From Eledone cirrhosa (Eukaryota), in the NCBI GenBank assembly GCA_964016885.1, contig OZ024755.1:25668001-25732000 (forward strand): DNA of 64,000 nt, given 5' to 3'. Position numbers and translations under genes: made by a program. How positions within the stretch are numbered: position 1 is the first letter of the stretch; every line of letters starts with the position of its first letter. Shown in pieces: positions 26,859 through 41,625 of this stretch. The notes beneath the pieces are model-generated. The model did not search any database, was not told where the DNA came from, and was given only the letters and a program-made list of their open reading frames with translations.

Positions 26859-27826
26859 TATTTATATGTATATATATATATATATACGTACAATGTCATG
26901 CTCGGTATGCTATAAATATATAGAGCCCAATATTTTTCGTTTTATTTTGTCTGTTATCTTTCGTTAAATTTTTGCTTTGTTTGTTTCCTGTATTGCATCG
27001 AGTCGAGTAGACAGGATTTCTGGTGCGGGGGGGGGGGGGCTGAAGATGCAAGAAAAACATTTTGAACTATTGGAGGAAAATTGGGCAACGACTTAACAAC
27101 TAGTGCGAGATAACGGCCATACAGCAGCTGGAAGATTTTTCCATTGGCGCCATATAATCGCAGACACATCCAAGGTGTGAAGAACACCAAGCGATTGGTA
27201 GAAAGAGCCAGGAATTTGTGCATGGTTGGTAAATAAGTATCTGATAGCAGCTGTGTTAGTTTAAGTCAAAGGTTAGCGACATAATGTCTTCTTATCAGCC
27301 TTACAAATAATCAGGCCTCGGAAATTACGGCTTTACAATGTCTGACTGATTCTGTTTCGGTTATATTATTTTACTCTTTACTCTTTACTCTTTTACTTGT
27401 TCTAATCAAATGCCTGTGGCCATGCTGGAGAACCGCCATTAGCAGAGGTTTAATGTCAATCACAGTGGTCTTTGCAATGGTACATAGTATATTTTGGCGA
27501 ACAGTAAAGAGCGAAACGAATGTATCACAGAATACTCAGCAGTGACAATAACATCATGTAGAGCAGGGCAAGAACCCCTGAACTCCTGCTATACAAATGT
27601 CGTGAGCTGAACATCATTTCTCAGTCACAGGAGGCGGGATTTGAGCTCGGAAAGCACATATTCATATACATATTCATATATATACATATACATATATAAT
27701 ATGTACATATACATAAACTTATATATCTACATTTGCATATACATATGTATATTCATATAAATATACATATGCATGTACATATACATATTCATATACATAT
27801 ATATCATATATACATATGCATAAAGA

Positions 27827-27921
<95 letters not shown>

Positions 27922-28032
27922 TGCTAGGACAGGAGAGATGACTAATCCTTGGAGTATTCGATGCATAGGGAAATGCAGAATGGGTATAGAGATGTGTAAG
28001 ATCCGGATTTTGGTGCCGCGGTCGGGATTTTA

Positions 28033-28100
<68 letters not shown>

Positions 28101-28213
28101 AGATAGATAGTTAGATAGATTGATAGAGAGAGAGAGGGGGGGCGGTAGGGAGTGTAGAAAGAAGATAAACTAACAGTTAAAGAAGGTTAAATATTTTAAG
28201 AAAGACAGAAAGA

Positions 28214-28287
<74 letters not shown>

Positions 28288-28916
28288 AACCTGGGTGATG
28301 AAGTGTGTCTGAGGGTGGGGCTACAGGGATACTCTTGTTTTATTGCTAAGAAAACATACAGTCGGTTGCTGACATCTATTCTGTACATATATATATATAT
28401 GTGTGTGTATATATACAGTGTATATATACAGTGTGTATATATATATATATATATATGCAGGTGCATGGTTTTATCTAAGAATGTTACTCCATGTCTGCTA
28501 CCATTATATAACGGATGATATCTGGGTTAATTGACACACCTATATACACATACCTATATATACACCTATATACACATACCTATATATACACCTATATACA
28601 CATATCTATATATATATACACCTATATACATATATATATGTAGATATATATCTCTATATACATATATCTATATATATATACACCTCTATACATATACCTA
28701 TAGTCACATATCTATAGATATATACACACACCTATGTACATATATCTATATACATACATCCATATGATATGTCCTTATATATAAATATGTGTGTAGGGTA
28801 TGTGAACATGGAGGGATGGATTTATGTATGCAATTATGTATATATGTGAATGCTTGCACGGATATATATATATATATATCCGTGCAATATATATATATAG
28901 AGAGAGAGAGAGAGAT

Positions 28917-29198
<282 letters not shown>

Positions 29199-30115
29199 CA
29201 TCATCGGTCATGTTTATACCCAAGTCTCGTATCGATTTCTACACGGGCATTTCATTCCCTCCTGGTCCGGTGTAACTGCGTTGTATTGTCCTTGTGTTAG
29301 CAGGTTGATATGGTAGGTAGGGCTTGAAATATTCCACCATTAACTTGCATGTTGTTGTCCTCAGCCCGTTTGTATATGGCATCCAGATCTTTTCCAAAAG
29401 AGTAGCATCAGCTGGGTTATTGATTGCCTGTGCTACCTTTGTATCATCAGCATAGCTAGTGAGGGATGTTGTATGTACTATAGAGATAACGCTTGCATGT
29501 TTTTAGGAGAATTGCTGGGAATCCATCATGTCCAGCAGCAGAGTTTGATGTCATTTCTTGTATGGCTAATATTACATCTTCCTCTGTTATATCTATGTGG
29601 TTGGTGGTCGCCATTTCTCCGTGTAGTGTTGTGGCATCAAAGAATTCCCTTGGTTTTGTTATTTGCATGTGCCTCATCGGGGATGTGAAAACACTTTTGT
29701 ACATTTCATTCAGTATCTCACTTATCCCTTGAGCATCCTCGGTCAATGAGCCATCCTTTGGAAAATATTGTAGTGTACCGAGGCAGTCTCTTTTGCAAAT
29801 TTAAAGAAGGCCTTAGGGTTTGTTTTAATATTTTCCATGGTCCTGGCTTCTCTCTCTGCCCTATCCTTTTTATGGGAAAGTTTGAGTGCAGTTTCAATTT
29901 CAAGCAGTGTCTGTTTCAGATAGGGTTCCTTCTTGTTCTTCTGATGAGCATTTAACAGACTTGAGAACTTTGTTTTTCATCTCATAAGGATTTTCCTGTC
30001 TCTGGGGAATAAACTGTTTGTGTCTGTTGGCCTTTTTTCCGGGACAAAGACAAACTTACGACATATGGTTTGTATTAGTGTCATGAAATGTTGAAATTGC
30101 GCGTTGGTGTCTTAT
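29199..30115 (-). mobile_element. CR1/L2-like LINE ORF2 fragments
   Basis: EILNEMYKSVFT..ITEEDVILAIQEM..SAAGHDGFPAILLK, then YADDTKV and RDLGINM. Confidence 0.8.
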
Positions 30116-30168
30116 ACTTGAGAAAAGTAAACAAGATAAAGAAAAAATTACCTATTCACTTTGAACGA

Positions 30169-30233
30169 CCTGACTGCAGTTTCCTTGAGTTAACTAAGTT
30201 TTGAGTACTGTGAAAACCTCAACTCATCAGGGA
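30169..30233 (-). ncRNA. Hammerhead ribozyme motif, type I
   Basis: CUGAUGA-GUUGAG...CUCAAG-GAAA-CUGCAG-UC-AGG. Palindromic stem III; first pairs of stems I and II mismatched. Confidence 0.55.
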
Positions 30234-30550
30234 ACTTTTCCTAAAATTGGCATGGTTGGGTGACTACTAGTCTTCCATAAAACATCTTGTCCAGGTTTGT
30301 GACTTAAAGAGGGATTTTCCAACTACAAGTCCATGGTCAGTCATATTTTGGTGGGCGGGGAAGATGATGATGATGGTGGTGTTGGTTGGCGAGGAGATGG
30401 TGGTGGGTGCGTGTAGGTTGTTTTTAATGCTAATGTAGTTGAAGTTATAGCAATTTTTAAGAGGCGAACGCGAGATGTTTTATGTCAATTTTGTGGCTTA
30501 TACAGAAAAACTAATTACTACATCATTTATTTTGTATAAACACACCAGGT

Positions 30551-30691
<141 letters not shown>

Positions 30692-31989
30692 ACAGAGTCA
30701 GACAGACACACAGACAGATAGATAGATAGATAAAATTAAACCTATGGTAAGTGTGTATGTGTATTTGTGTTGCAGACATGTATATCCGATTGTGAATTTG
30801 AGGAGACAACAACTTTCGAAGCCGGCCGGATAGACTGTACTTGTAATAATTGTAAGGGGTAACCTAGTCACACACTGTGTCTTACTGAATCTCCCTGAGA
30901 ATTACGCTAAGGGCTCGAACGTCTATGGAATACTCAGCCACTATGCTATTATACAAGATTTACAGTACCTGTAATTGAAAAGGGTGACCTAGTCACACAC
31001 TGTGTATTGCTGAATCTCCCTGAGAACTACATTAAGGGTCCGAGTATCTATGGAATACTCAGTCACTACACTAGATATTTCCATATCGTCTGCTTCTCAT
31101 ATTCTGAATGATACAAAATAGAAAGTAGATTGTCATTACATTCTACTTTCTCCATCTACAGAGATTAAAACAAAATAGATTAGGCCAATTAGATTACATA
31201 TTCAATCCCTCCGTGACCTCCCCTCTTGAGCTTATCTAATTAGTTGTTTGTCAAAATAGCTTTCCCTACTTACTTTACAAATACTCTAGTCATCCATTTA
31301 AATTGAAGATATTGCAATCATCAACTGACAGTTCCGAAAATTTTATGGATTTTCATCCTCTGATAAAAAGATTTAAATATTTTAGCAGGAATGATGAGAA
31401 AACCATTGGAAAACTGATTATCCAAACAGCAAATATTTTATGGGATTTATATCTAAAACCAGAGATTGAATAAACGAAACAACCAAGCTAACACTCAAAG
31501 ACAATATACTATTTCTCAGATAAACACAAACTGGAGGAAAAAATCTGTTATATAATTAATGGTGCCATAACGTTCAGTGCAAATAGATTATAAAAATAAA
31601 TATGTAAAGATAAAATAACCTATTATAGAGTCCTAAAAGTTGGTAAATTTGCTGTTGGAAGAAAGATGTTACAAGAGAAAATCATATCAGACTTGATAAC
31701 AACAATCCTTAAATTTCTTCAACAAATTCTTAAACACAAGCTAAAACAGATTAATTTCATATCACAACGAATTCATCCAGAATTCAACTGATAAGATATT
31801 GAAATAATAATTAAGCCGTATATGGGCCTAAATACAATATGACAATATATAATAAACACACATATATAGAGAGTCTCACTGTGAATATTTTAATCTGTGA
31901 TCATATCACAACTATTCCAATACTGCTGTATATATGATCCTATCACATCTACATCAGTAACTCTATAAGAGTGCTGTATACATACATAC

Positions 31990-32067
<78 letters not shown>

Positions 32068-32100
32068 GTATATATATATATATGTTTGTTTGTTTGTTTG

Positions 32101-32159
<59 letters not shown>

Positions 32160-32681
32160 CGTAAAATAAGAAAATTTAAAAATTAAAAATTAACTTACTT
32201 ACTAAAATTTTATATATATATATATATAGTAATAATAATAAATTTGAAGACTAAAATCCAAAGAGAGCTCGATAAGGATAAATATATATATATCGATATT
32301 AATAAATATATATATATAGAGAGAGAGAGAGATTACAGTAATCAAAGTTCAGTTTAAGTCATCAGTTTAAGTCAATTGTTTCCTCCAAACCGAGTTTTGG
32401 ATTCTTCGGAGCAACTATTTACTGATCTATAACATACTTGACCTCCTTTTCAACCCAAGAGACACATAAAACATATGCGTATATTGATCAACAGTGGGGT
32501 GACATTCATATATATATATATATGATAACAAGGTATCGTTTAAAGTAATCCACCTAGAGGTTATGAGTACTCTGTCTCGGGGATAGTTTTAACGTACAGC
32601 GTTGTTTGACTCAACAAGAAGTTTCCTTAGTCGGGTGGCCGGTTTAAGAAAGTTCCTAGGCAGGCCGTTCTTAGAGTAATA

Positions 32682-32914
32682 ATAGCAAAAGAATGAAGAA
32701 TAACATGGTCAGCTGTACAATAGGGTTTATTTATAGTATAAACAATTGTTTCTTTAATCAGGTGAGTCTAAAAGCCGCTGATCGTTAGAAGTTACGTCAC
32801 TCGACTTCTAACGATCAGCGGTTTTTAGACTCACCTGATTAAAGAAACAATTGTTAATACTGTAAATAAGCCCTATTGTACAGCTGACTACGTCATTCTT
32901 CATTCTTTTGTTAT
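32682..32914. repeat. Imperfect palindrome, about 110-bp arms
   Basis: 32682-32792 versus 32804-32914. Decayed CUAACGA-UCAG/CUGA...GAAA-CAAUUG-UU starts at the turn. Confidence 0.85.
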
Positions 32915-32928
32915 ATATATATATATAT

Positions 32929-32964
<36 letters not shown>

Positions 32965-33017
32965 GGAAAAAATGAAACGATATTTCATTTCCCACTCTTA
33001 GTACGGCTGTTACTTAA

Positions 33018-33368
33018 ATATAAGTATGTACACGTACATACATATATGTATACCGACGTACAGTAGTATGTATATATATATATACATACATGCACACATA
33101 TATATATGCACGTATGGATTCACCGAACATTTATTATAATGCTCGGTGTGTTTGTAAACAAACATCCCGTATTAAGCCGTAGTGTCTAGCAACCACCGTT
33201 GCTCGTTTGTTCAACACTGACAAAGGAACGCTGTACTAGTTTCAAGCTTGTTAGCTATCGTCATATCCATACGTGCATATATATATGTGTGCATATATGT
33301 ATATATATATATATACATACTACTGTACGTCGGTATACATATATGTATGTACGTGTACATACTTATAT
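33018..33368. repeat. Inverted repeat, about 100-bp microsatellite-like arms, about 145-bp spacer
   Basis: 33018-33119 versus 33265-33368. Confidence 0.85.
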
Positions 33369-33464
33369 ATATAATAATAATAATAATTTATAACTTTACT
33401 GGTTTCACAAGGTTCATGATTGTCAAAAGTTAAGAGAGATGGAGAAATATATGGTTATGCCGTA

Positions 33465-33526
33465 TTTTATCTGATGAGGATGTACTGAAAAAACAGCACA
33501 GTACCTCCGAAATATATATAATAAAA
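33465..33526 (+). ncRNA. Hammerhead ribozyme motif, type I, fully canonical core
   Basis: UUUUAU-CUGAUGA-GGA.GUACUG/CAGUAC.UCC-GAAA-UAUAUA-UA-AUAAAA. Confidence 0.85.
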
Positions 33527-33668
33527 CATATATTTTGATTATGTGAATGTATCCATTTATTAATATTTTGAATAATATTAATAACTCCAGAAAATGTCTT
33601 TGTTGAGTGCTTTTAATCTATTGTAAAACTATTCATTGAATAATCAATGAACCCTGTTTAACATTTGG

Positions 33669-33721
<53 letters not shown>

Positions 33722-33950
33722 CATCATCATCAGTAGCAGCATCGTCGTTTTAATGTCAGACATATATATATATGAAGGGGAAAGAGGGAGAGAGAGGGAG
33801 AGAGAGTAAGAGATGGGGTAGGGTGTTGAATGTTTATACACAGCCTTAATCAACTCGGTGTTTATAAAATCTACACATTTTACACCTGTTAAATGGGGCA
33901 GACATTTTTTTATCTGAGTTCTAGAGCACGGATGTTGTTACTGTTGCTGT

Positions 33951-33981
<31 letters not shown>

Positions 33982-34879
33982 GCTGGTGCTGGTGGTGGTG
34001 ATGGTGATGTTGATGTTCTTCTTGTTATTGTTGTTGTTCCTGATGTTGTAGTTGGTGCAGTTGTTTTTGTTGTTACTCGTCAAATTGCTGTTGCTGTTCT
34101 TGTTGTTGTTGTATTATCTGCCATACATGTTGATATATGTAAATTTGCAGTATATACACGTACTTCCTGTTGCCTTGGAGTGGGTGGGGTGGGGGGGGGG
34201 ACATCTATGTTGTTGGATCTCCGTCGTTTTCGACGATGACTGTCCTACTTGAATCAATCAACGGAACTGCATGCTCGTGAAATCAAGGTGTAAGTGGCTT
34301 GAATTACAGGTACACTAAAGTTTTGTCAGCTGAATGGACCGAAGCAACGTAAAATAAAGTGTCTTGCTCAAGGACAGAATGTAAAATAAAGCCGCCTGTT
34401 CAGGGACAGAACTTTGATCAGTCCGGGAAGTGAACTGTCGACTTTATGATCGTCAGCCAAGCACACTAAACACTACCCCATGCACCTTCTCTACGGGTAC
34501 CTATACTTACTCGCTTGTTCTTGTGGCGGTGTTCACCCGGGGTAGGTTGAGTCGCCTCCATCGAAGGAATTCACGGTGTAAATTCATTTCAATGGAGTTT
34601 CTTCGGACGATTGGTTGACCAAGCGCTGCCCAGCCGCAAGTATACTGTATGCACTTTAGGATAGTGCAATCCAAGCATTGCACCGGATATAGGCGCTGGC
34701 CCTCACTTTCACGCCTAACCCAATTTAGTGGAGCCATTGCCGCAACAGGGACGCATGGGAAGGAATTTGGCTTGCAGAGGTGATAAACACAACCTATTTA
34801 AGCCATTTTGAAGGCCAGCAGGAACTCACCCCACTGTCCAGCTAAGGCGTACCGACCCTCAGCCCCAGATACCTATAGG

Positions 34880-34913
<34 letters not shown>

Positions 34914-35249
34914 CGATTCCAACCGTGACTAATCCCACTGAGAAGTTTCGTGAAATAGTCTTTTTAAGACTATATAAAGCATTTGTAGTTTCTCCAAATT
35001 GAAGGATGAGTATTTAAACTTTATTTTATTCTGAGTTAAGACTCTATTGGTTTTTTCCCTGGATTTCACAAAATCTGTGGATAAAATCTCTGTCTTGATT
35101 TTTTTTTTAATTGAGTTTGAATTATTTTCCCATATCTTACGTTAATTATTTTCCATTTTGACGTTATAGTCACTTATATATTATGAAATACTTTTGGCTT
35201 CTTGCTCACATTAATTTCTCTATTTTCATATATATATATATATCAGTAA

Positions 35250-35450
35250 AAAAATTTTTCCTGGGTCCTGTATTTTCGTTGCTCTGGTAATGCGGTCGGA
35301 CTGCCGACTGCTATATCTGATTTGCTAAGCTGTCTGAACATAATGTTATTACTCTGGGGTCTTACCTCATCTGAGTGCTAAAGTTACAAACCGAATAAGC
35401 ATACACGCTAGCTTGGCCGTATACTAGAGCTTCGTCTATGCTGTACTAAA

Positions 35451-35455
<5 letters not shown>
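35250..35455. repeat. (TA)n-flanked dispersed repeat (family G)
   Basis: Diverged inverted copy at about 37423-37632. Confidence 0.7.
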
Positions 35456-35524
<69 letters not shown>

Positions 35525-36816
35525 GCGCGCGTGTGTGTGCTTGTGTGTATATGTGTATGCCTGTATATGTATTATGTATGTATGTATGTGCGAGTATGTG
35601 CGTGAGTGTATGTGTGTGTGTGTGTGTGTATGCGTGTGTGTGAGTGGGATTGTTTGTGTGAGTATGATTGTATGAGTAAGTGTGTGTGCATGGGTATGTA
35701 TGTGTGAGTATGTAAGTGTGCATGTGTATGTATGAGTGAGTATGTGTATGTAAGTGTGTGTGTGTGTGTAAAAACAATAAACAAGGGAGATAATACCAGC
35801 TAGTGGAAATATTTGTAAACTAACTATGACGTTAGTAGGAATGGAACTAGTCTTGTTAGCGTCTCTCAAACGTCTTACTTGACCAGTCATCCATATTGTT
35901 GTGGCTCTACTAGATATCTCCGTGTATCTGGCGATAACTGTAATTGTCTCGGGTCCCCTATTCTCCTCACTTAATCACTGTATTTATCTGGGAGTCCCCT
36001 CTCCTCCGCACTTAACCCCTGTATTTACGAGACGTAAACATAGATACAAACATAAACAAGCGCCCCCCCCCCCCCCACACACACACTCACAGTAGATATT
36101 AATTTAAGGTGTGTGTGTGCGTGTGTATGTGTGTGTGAGTGTGTGTGACGGGCTTCCGCTGTTTCCATCGAACAAATTTTATTCACAAGGAACTGGTCAA
36201 CAGAAGGATATAGTGGGCCACAGGGACTGCACCTGAAACTATGTGGCTCGGAAGCGAACACCTTAACCTCACAGCCATGCCAACACCTAATAAAAAATAT
36301 ATTTTTGAGAAAGGCATACATGCCACAAATTCCTAGTTGTAAATATTTTGTAGATAATAATTTAAGACGTCTTTTCATTTTGTGAAAAACTTGCAGGACA
36401 GAGTTGTTTCCCTTGCATTTGATTGTTTCTTGCAAAAATAAAAGTTATCCGATATTACATACAAAGTTTACTGAAGAACTGTATGTCTGTCTTTGTGCCT
36501 GTTTGTGTAAGCATACATCTGCAATAGAGGAGGAGGAGGGGGAGGAGGTGGAGGAGGAGGAAGTAATACAGTCTCACAGATTGAATATTGCAAATAAGAC
36601 AAAAAAAATCCAATCAACTGAAGCTATCCTTGCAATTTCATGATGAAAACTCCCTTTAGAAGTGTTCAGATAATGATAAGTAAACAAGGGAGAGAATTCA
36701 TAGCGTAAGGTGAACCATGTCTTTTGCAACAATTCAAAGCAACGAAATGGGAGTGGACTCTGTCTATAAATCAACTTTTTGAAAACAACAAACGTGTTTC
36801 AGTCTTATTATATCTT

Positions 36817-36996
36817 TGGCAGTATCGGTAGAGGGTCGGACGCCATGCTTTCCAGCATAGTTACGTCCCTTTACCATCTGAGTTCAAATCCCGCCGAGGT
36901 TGACTTTGCCTTTCATCCTTACGGGGTCGATAAAATAAAGTACCAGTAATGCACTGGGTAATTTGCTGGCCTTGTGCCTAAAGTAGAAACAATTAT
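36817..36996 (+). mobile_element. tRNA-derived SINE2
   Basis: A-box tggcagtatcgg, B-box gagttcaaatcc and body ctttgcctttcatccttacggggtcgataaaataaagtacc (Meta/MESC-like). Confidence 0.85.
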
Positions 36997-37319
36997 ATCT
37001 CCTCAGTGAAACATATTTAGTCAGCAGGACCTTACTAGGGTACATACGTACAGATTTTTGCCAGTCTATCCTAAGTTTAATTATTATGTTACATATTCAG
37101 ACATCCGCAATTACTTTATCTATCCCTTTTCCTGCCATAAATATACCTACACCACACTACCTGATACTATGATACTATTACACACCTGGAATAGTAACTA
37201 CATATGCCCCTTGCCTATGAAGTGACTAGTTGAGGCACCCCTCCATCTACTCATCTCAGTATTACCATTTCTACAATCTCATGAGACCTATGATGCCAAT
37301 GATGCAAGATTGGTCCTGT

Positions 37320-37370
<51 letters not shown>

Positions 37371-37371
37371 T

Positions 37372-37423
<52 letters not shown>

Positions 37424-37652
37424 AATTTTAGTACAGCATTAACGAAGCTTTAGGCTGCGGCTAAGCTAACAAATGCAAATTCGGAATGTAGCTTTAGCAC
37501 TCGATGGAGGATAGTACCCCAGAGTAATAACATAACAATACGTTTAGACAGCTTTGCAAATCAAATATAGCGATCGGCAGTCCAGCCGCATTGCCATAGC
37601 AACGAAAAAGTCTGGACTCAGGAAAAGATTTTATATATATATTCATATATAT

Positions 37653-37685
<33 letters not shown>

Positions 37686-37716
<31 letters not shown>

Positions 37717-37943
37717 TTTACGTCCGCTTTTCCCTGCTTGCAAGGGTGGGATGGGAACTGATTCTGGCTTGATTTCTACAGCTGGATGCCCTTCCTAACA
37801 CCAACCTCATTTACAGTGAGTGCTGGGTGCTTTTTTGCCGTGGCACCTCCACGACCACTATACAGTGGAATGATATGGACCCCAGTCCCTATCATCTCAT
37901 TTCTACAGCTGAGTAAACTGGAGCAATGTGAAATAAAGTGTCT

Positions 37944-37945
<2 letters not shown>
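37686..37945 (-). mobile_element. SINE1, 5'-truncated
   Basis: Matches the 49370 copy; (GAT)n tail. Confidence 0.85.
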
Positions 37946-37998
<53 letters not shown>

Positions 37999-38399
37999 GT
38001 ATATATGTGTGTGTGTGTGTCAGCATCATCATCATCATCATCATCGTTTGAACATCTGCTTTCCCTGCTATAGCAAGGGTTGGACAGATCTACATAGACC
38101 ATGTCATTACTGAAGCAGTGGCTATTGATATCCCAGATATACCAGGGATCTGTCATCTCACTTATGTACAGTCTCACATTTTACCGAGTGCACTATGGAG
38201 GTTGTCGTGTCTTTGATAAAACTAAGGGTCCTCCCAACTCTTTGTTTGGCAAGCTTTCTACAGCTGGATACCCTTCCTATCACCAACCACTTTACGACAT
38301 ATATAATATAACGATGTCTATAATATAACTCTAATATAATAACATGTATCTGATTGCTGAGGGTTCCCTTAATATGGTGGTATTACCAGTATCTGACTC

Positions 38400-38880
38400 A
38401 TAGTGTAGACTAGATTCTATAGCTTGGTTATAGCAACTAGTCTAGGAGATGGTAAGCTCTGAAATAAAAGCCTGAGACCCCTGAAGTTCTTGGTCTTGTC
38501 ATTCCATATGTCATACCAATGAAATTTTCTATGGTCAAGATGTGGGAGTAGTTCTGTGCAAGCTATGTCCACTCAAAATATATTCAACTGCGAAGGTAAT
38601 TCTTGTACATGCTACAAGCTTGGTTAACATCAGCTGTATGGTTGGCAGTAACCTTAAAATGTGCTTTAAACTCATTTAAAATGTCTCAAACAGAATTAGT
38701 AAGTGGCAATAAGGACTTGAGAATGACAGGTGAACAAGTCTGGCCTGGTAGGTGTCCCAGCACACTGCAAACAGGACTCAGTTATTATCCTACTACTGTG
38801 GTCAATCAACAACATAAAACGGTTAAACACACTATGAAACTTGCTTTTCGGAATGTACATACTCTAGTGGGGTCTTTCTA
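38400..38880 (+). mobile_element. Decayed 5' end of an RTE-like LINE
   Basis: gcaactagtctaggagatggtaagctctga head motif, and MKLAFRNVHTL resembling the APE endonuclease start (WNVRTL). Confidence 0.45.
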
Positions 38881-39374
38881 CACTGTTATATATAGTTCCC
38901 ATCCAACAGATCAAATACAGAACAAACATATATCAACTGGAGAAAGAAATGCCCAGAAAACAAAGTTTATATTGATCCAAAGTAACATCATTAAAAAGAA
39001 GTTACTGACTGACATAGAAATTGATCAGATCAGGCAATCAGCACAAAATCAATGAAGTGAAACTGAAATTTATGTAATTGAAAACAAAATAATTTATGTA
39101 ATTGAAAACAAAATTCCACTACGAGCCTGGCTCGTAGTGGAACCCCTGACAAAACAAACTAAAGAAATGATCAAAAGAGTGAGAGGTTCACCCGACCAAG
39201 ATAAAGCTCAAACTGAAAACACTGAACAGAATATCAATGATGAAGAAATTAATGCTAATAAACATGAAAACCAAAAGAAATTCCATTCTGTACTCAAAGA
39301 GGCAGGAAAGTACAGGAAAGAACTAATACATGAAAACATACACCTACATACTGATGCTGACCTAATTCAAACTA

Positions 39375-39495
39375 AGGCAGCAAAGATGGGGGCCTCTCCT
39401 CATTTTGCACATACTGTCCGTGAGTGGCCTGATGTCCAATTTCCAGGACATTGGTTGATCATCGAGGTCCACATCAATTGCCAGCAAGAAGCCCT
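39375..39495 (+). mobile_element. Tc1/mariner transposase catalytic fragment
   Basis: GASPHFAHTVREWPDVQFPGHWL..RGPHQLPARSP, matching DGAPPH...WP.RSPDL. Confidence 0.65.
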
Positions 39496-40455
39496 TACTA
39501 CTAACTACTTCAATACATCTGCCACATACAAAGTCTACTTTTTCTGTTAGTCTACCTGCTATCCTACCATGCCTCTTGTGTAGCCATGTTTTACATTGTG
39601 TACATGGTATAGAGTTCTCACCCACTCCTTTTCTACATATTAAGTATGGCCACTTCCCTGACAGAATCAGAGTCCTGTCTTCATTGCTACTTACTAAGAC
39701 TTCCATTTCAGCCTTTCCTAAATTTACTCTGAGTCCTTTTGATTCTAAGTTCTGTTTCCACAATAGGGAATTTTGATTCCACAGATTCAGCTATAGGAAC
39801 CAAATTGTCAGTATATAGAAGTTCCCTATACAGCCTATTTAAACTCTTTTGTTATGGCCTGGAAAACTATAATAATCAGGAGATGGCTGAAGATCAAGCT
39901 TTAAAGCATCACTACCTGTACTTTGAATTCCTCACTAAACTCTCACTACCTACTCTCACTTTACTGATAGTTCCTCTGTATATGGCTTGCATTTCTCTTA
40001 CAAGCCATTCTTCTACACCTAGCTTCCTTAAGGACCAACAGATGACAGATCAGGGTACTCTATCAAAGGCTTTCTCCAGATCAAGAAAGCTAAATATAGC
40101 AACTTACATATAGCTAGGAACTTCTCTTGTAGTTGTCTCCCTAAGAAAAGGGCACCCGTGGTGCTTCTTCCTGGCACAAAGTCAAACGGTATCTCATCTA
40201 ATTTGACTCTTTCCCTAATTAGTATGGCTAAAACTCTTTACATCACTTTCATCTCTTGCTTCATCAGTTTTATGCCTCTGTTGTTGTTCCTTTCCAGAGC
40301 ATCAGTGAGGCAAATTACCCCAGTGTCATTCCAAACAAACTTTTCTCCAACAACATCAAATTTTACAATGGCTCATTGCTTTAATATGAGGCACCCCTTA
40401 CATCTCTCGTCCTCACATCACATTATATTGGCAAACTTACTTTCACCTTTGATGA
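39495..40455 (-). mobile_element. RTE-clade LINE RT region, decayed
   Basis: FLDLEKAFDRVP..WSLRKLGVEEWLVR and LESKGLRVN..SGKWP..CRKGVGENSI.CTQCKTWLHKR. Confidence 0.85.
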
Positions 40456-40819
40456 AGATGATACATACATATGTACACAAACACACACACACAAACACAC
40501 ATATACACACACACACACACATATAATCACTCAATGCTAATGCCACGATAAAATACACCCAACCCACTATGTAAAGTGGTAATGCAGGTACCATGATAAA
40601 AAAAAAAGCAGCCAGTCCGCTGTGTCAGGTGGTAGTGCTAGAGACATGATAAAACACACCTGACACACACTGTGAAGTGGTTGGAGTTAGAAAGGGCACC
40701 CGGCTATAGACACCAAGCCAAAAACAGATCATACAAGCAAGTCACAGTCACCTGACCAGGCTTGTCTGATAACATGATCACCCATAAACCCATGTAAGAA
40801 TGGAAAATATACGTTAAAC

Positions 40820-41248
40820 GGTGGTTATGATGATTGTGGTGGTGGTGGTGGTGGTGGTAGTTGTGGTGGTTGTGGTGGTTGCGGTTGTGGTGGTGGTGGT
40901 GGTGGTGGTGGTGGTGGTGGTGGTGGTGGTGGTTGTGGTGGTTGTGGTGGTAGTGGTGGTGGTGGTGGTGGTGATGGTAGTGATGGTAGTGGTGGTGGTG
41001 ATGATGAAGTTGATGGTGATAATGATGATGATCATGATGGTAGTAGTGATGGTGGTGGTGGTGGTGGTGGTGGTGGTGGTGGTGGTGGTGGTAATGATGA
41101 CGACGATGATGGTGATGTTGTGATGATGATGAAGATGATGATGATGATGACAGTAGTGGTGGGGGTGGCAGCGGCGGTGGTGGGGGTGGTGGTGGTGATG
41201 GTGTTGGTGATGATGATGATGACGACGGCGTTGATGATGCTTGTGGTG

Positions 41249-41282
<34 letters not shown>
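40820..41282. repeat. (TGG)n/(TGA)n microsatellite
   Basis: Direct inspection. Confidence 0.95.
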
Positions 41283-41625
41283 ACACATGACGAAGAAATG
41301 TTAAATTTAGAAACGAATTAAAAAAATTACCATTCCATGATCGAGGACTACCTGGAATAGTCGTCGAATTTACCGTTCTTACATTCTTCTATTATGAGTA
41401 ACCGGCCTTAAGCTGTGTCTACTGCTACATACTCACAGACGTACTTTCACTCTGACTAACAACAACACACATTGTTTCGTCCTAAGATATGTCTACTGTA
41501 AACTACCTACAATATGATAATACACAGTCCTTAAGTTCATTCCTTTTGACTAAATAGAAGTAGACGCTTCTACATTCTTTCATTCTAATTAACTCGCCAT
41601 AACATGCGTCTACTGCTGCACTGAC

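Noticed and set aside
31080-31860. A-rich, coding-like stretch (also 27040-27240)
   Set aside because: Multiple stops and no motif I can assign; probably old transposon debris.
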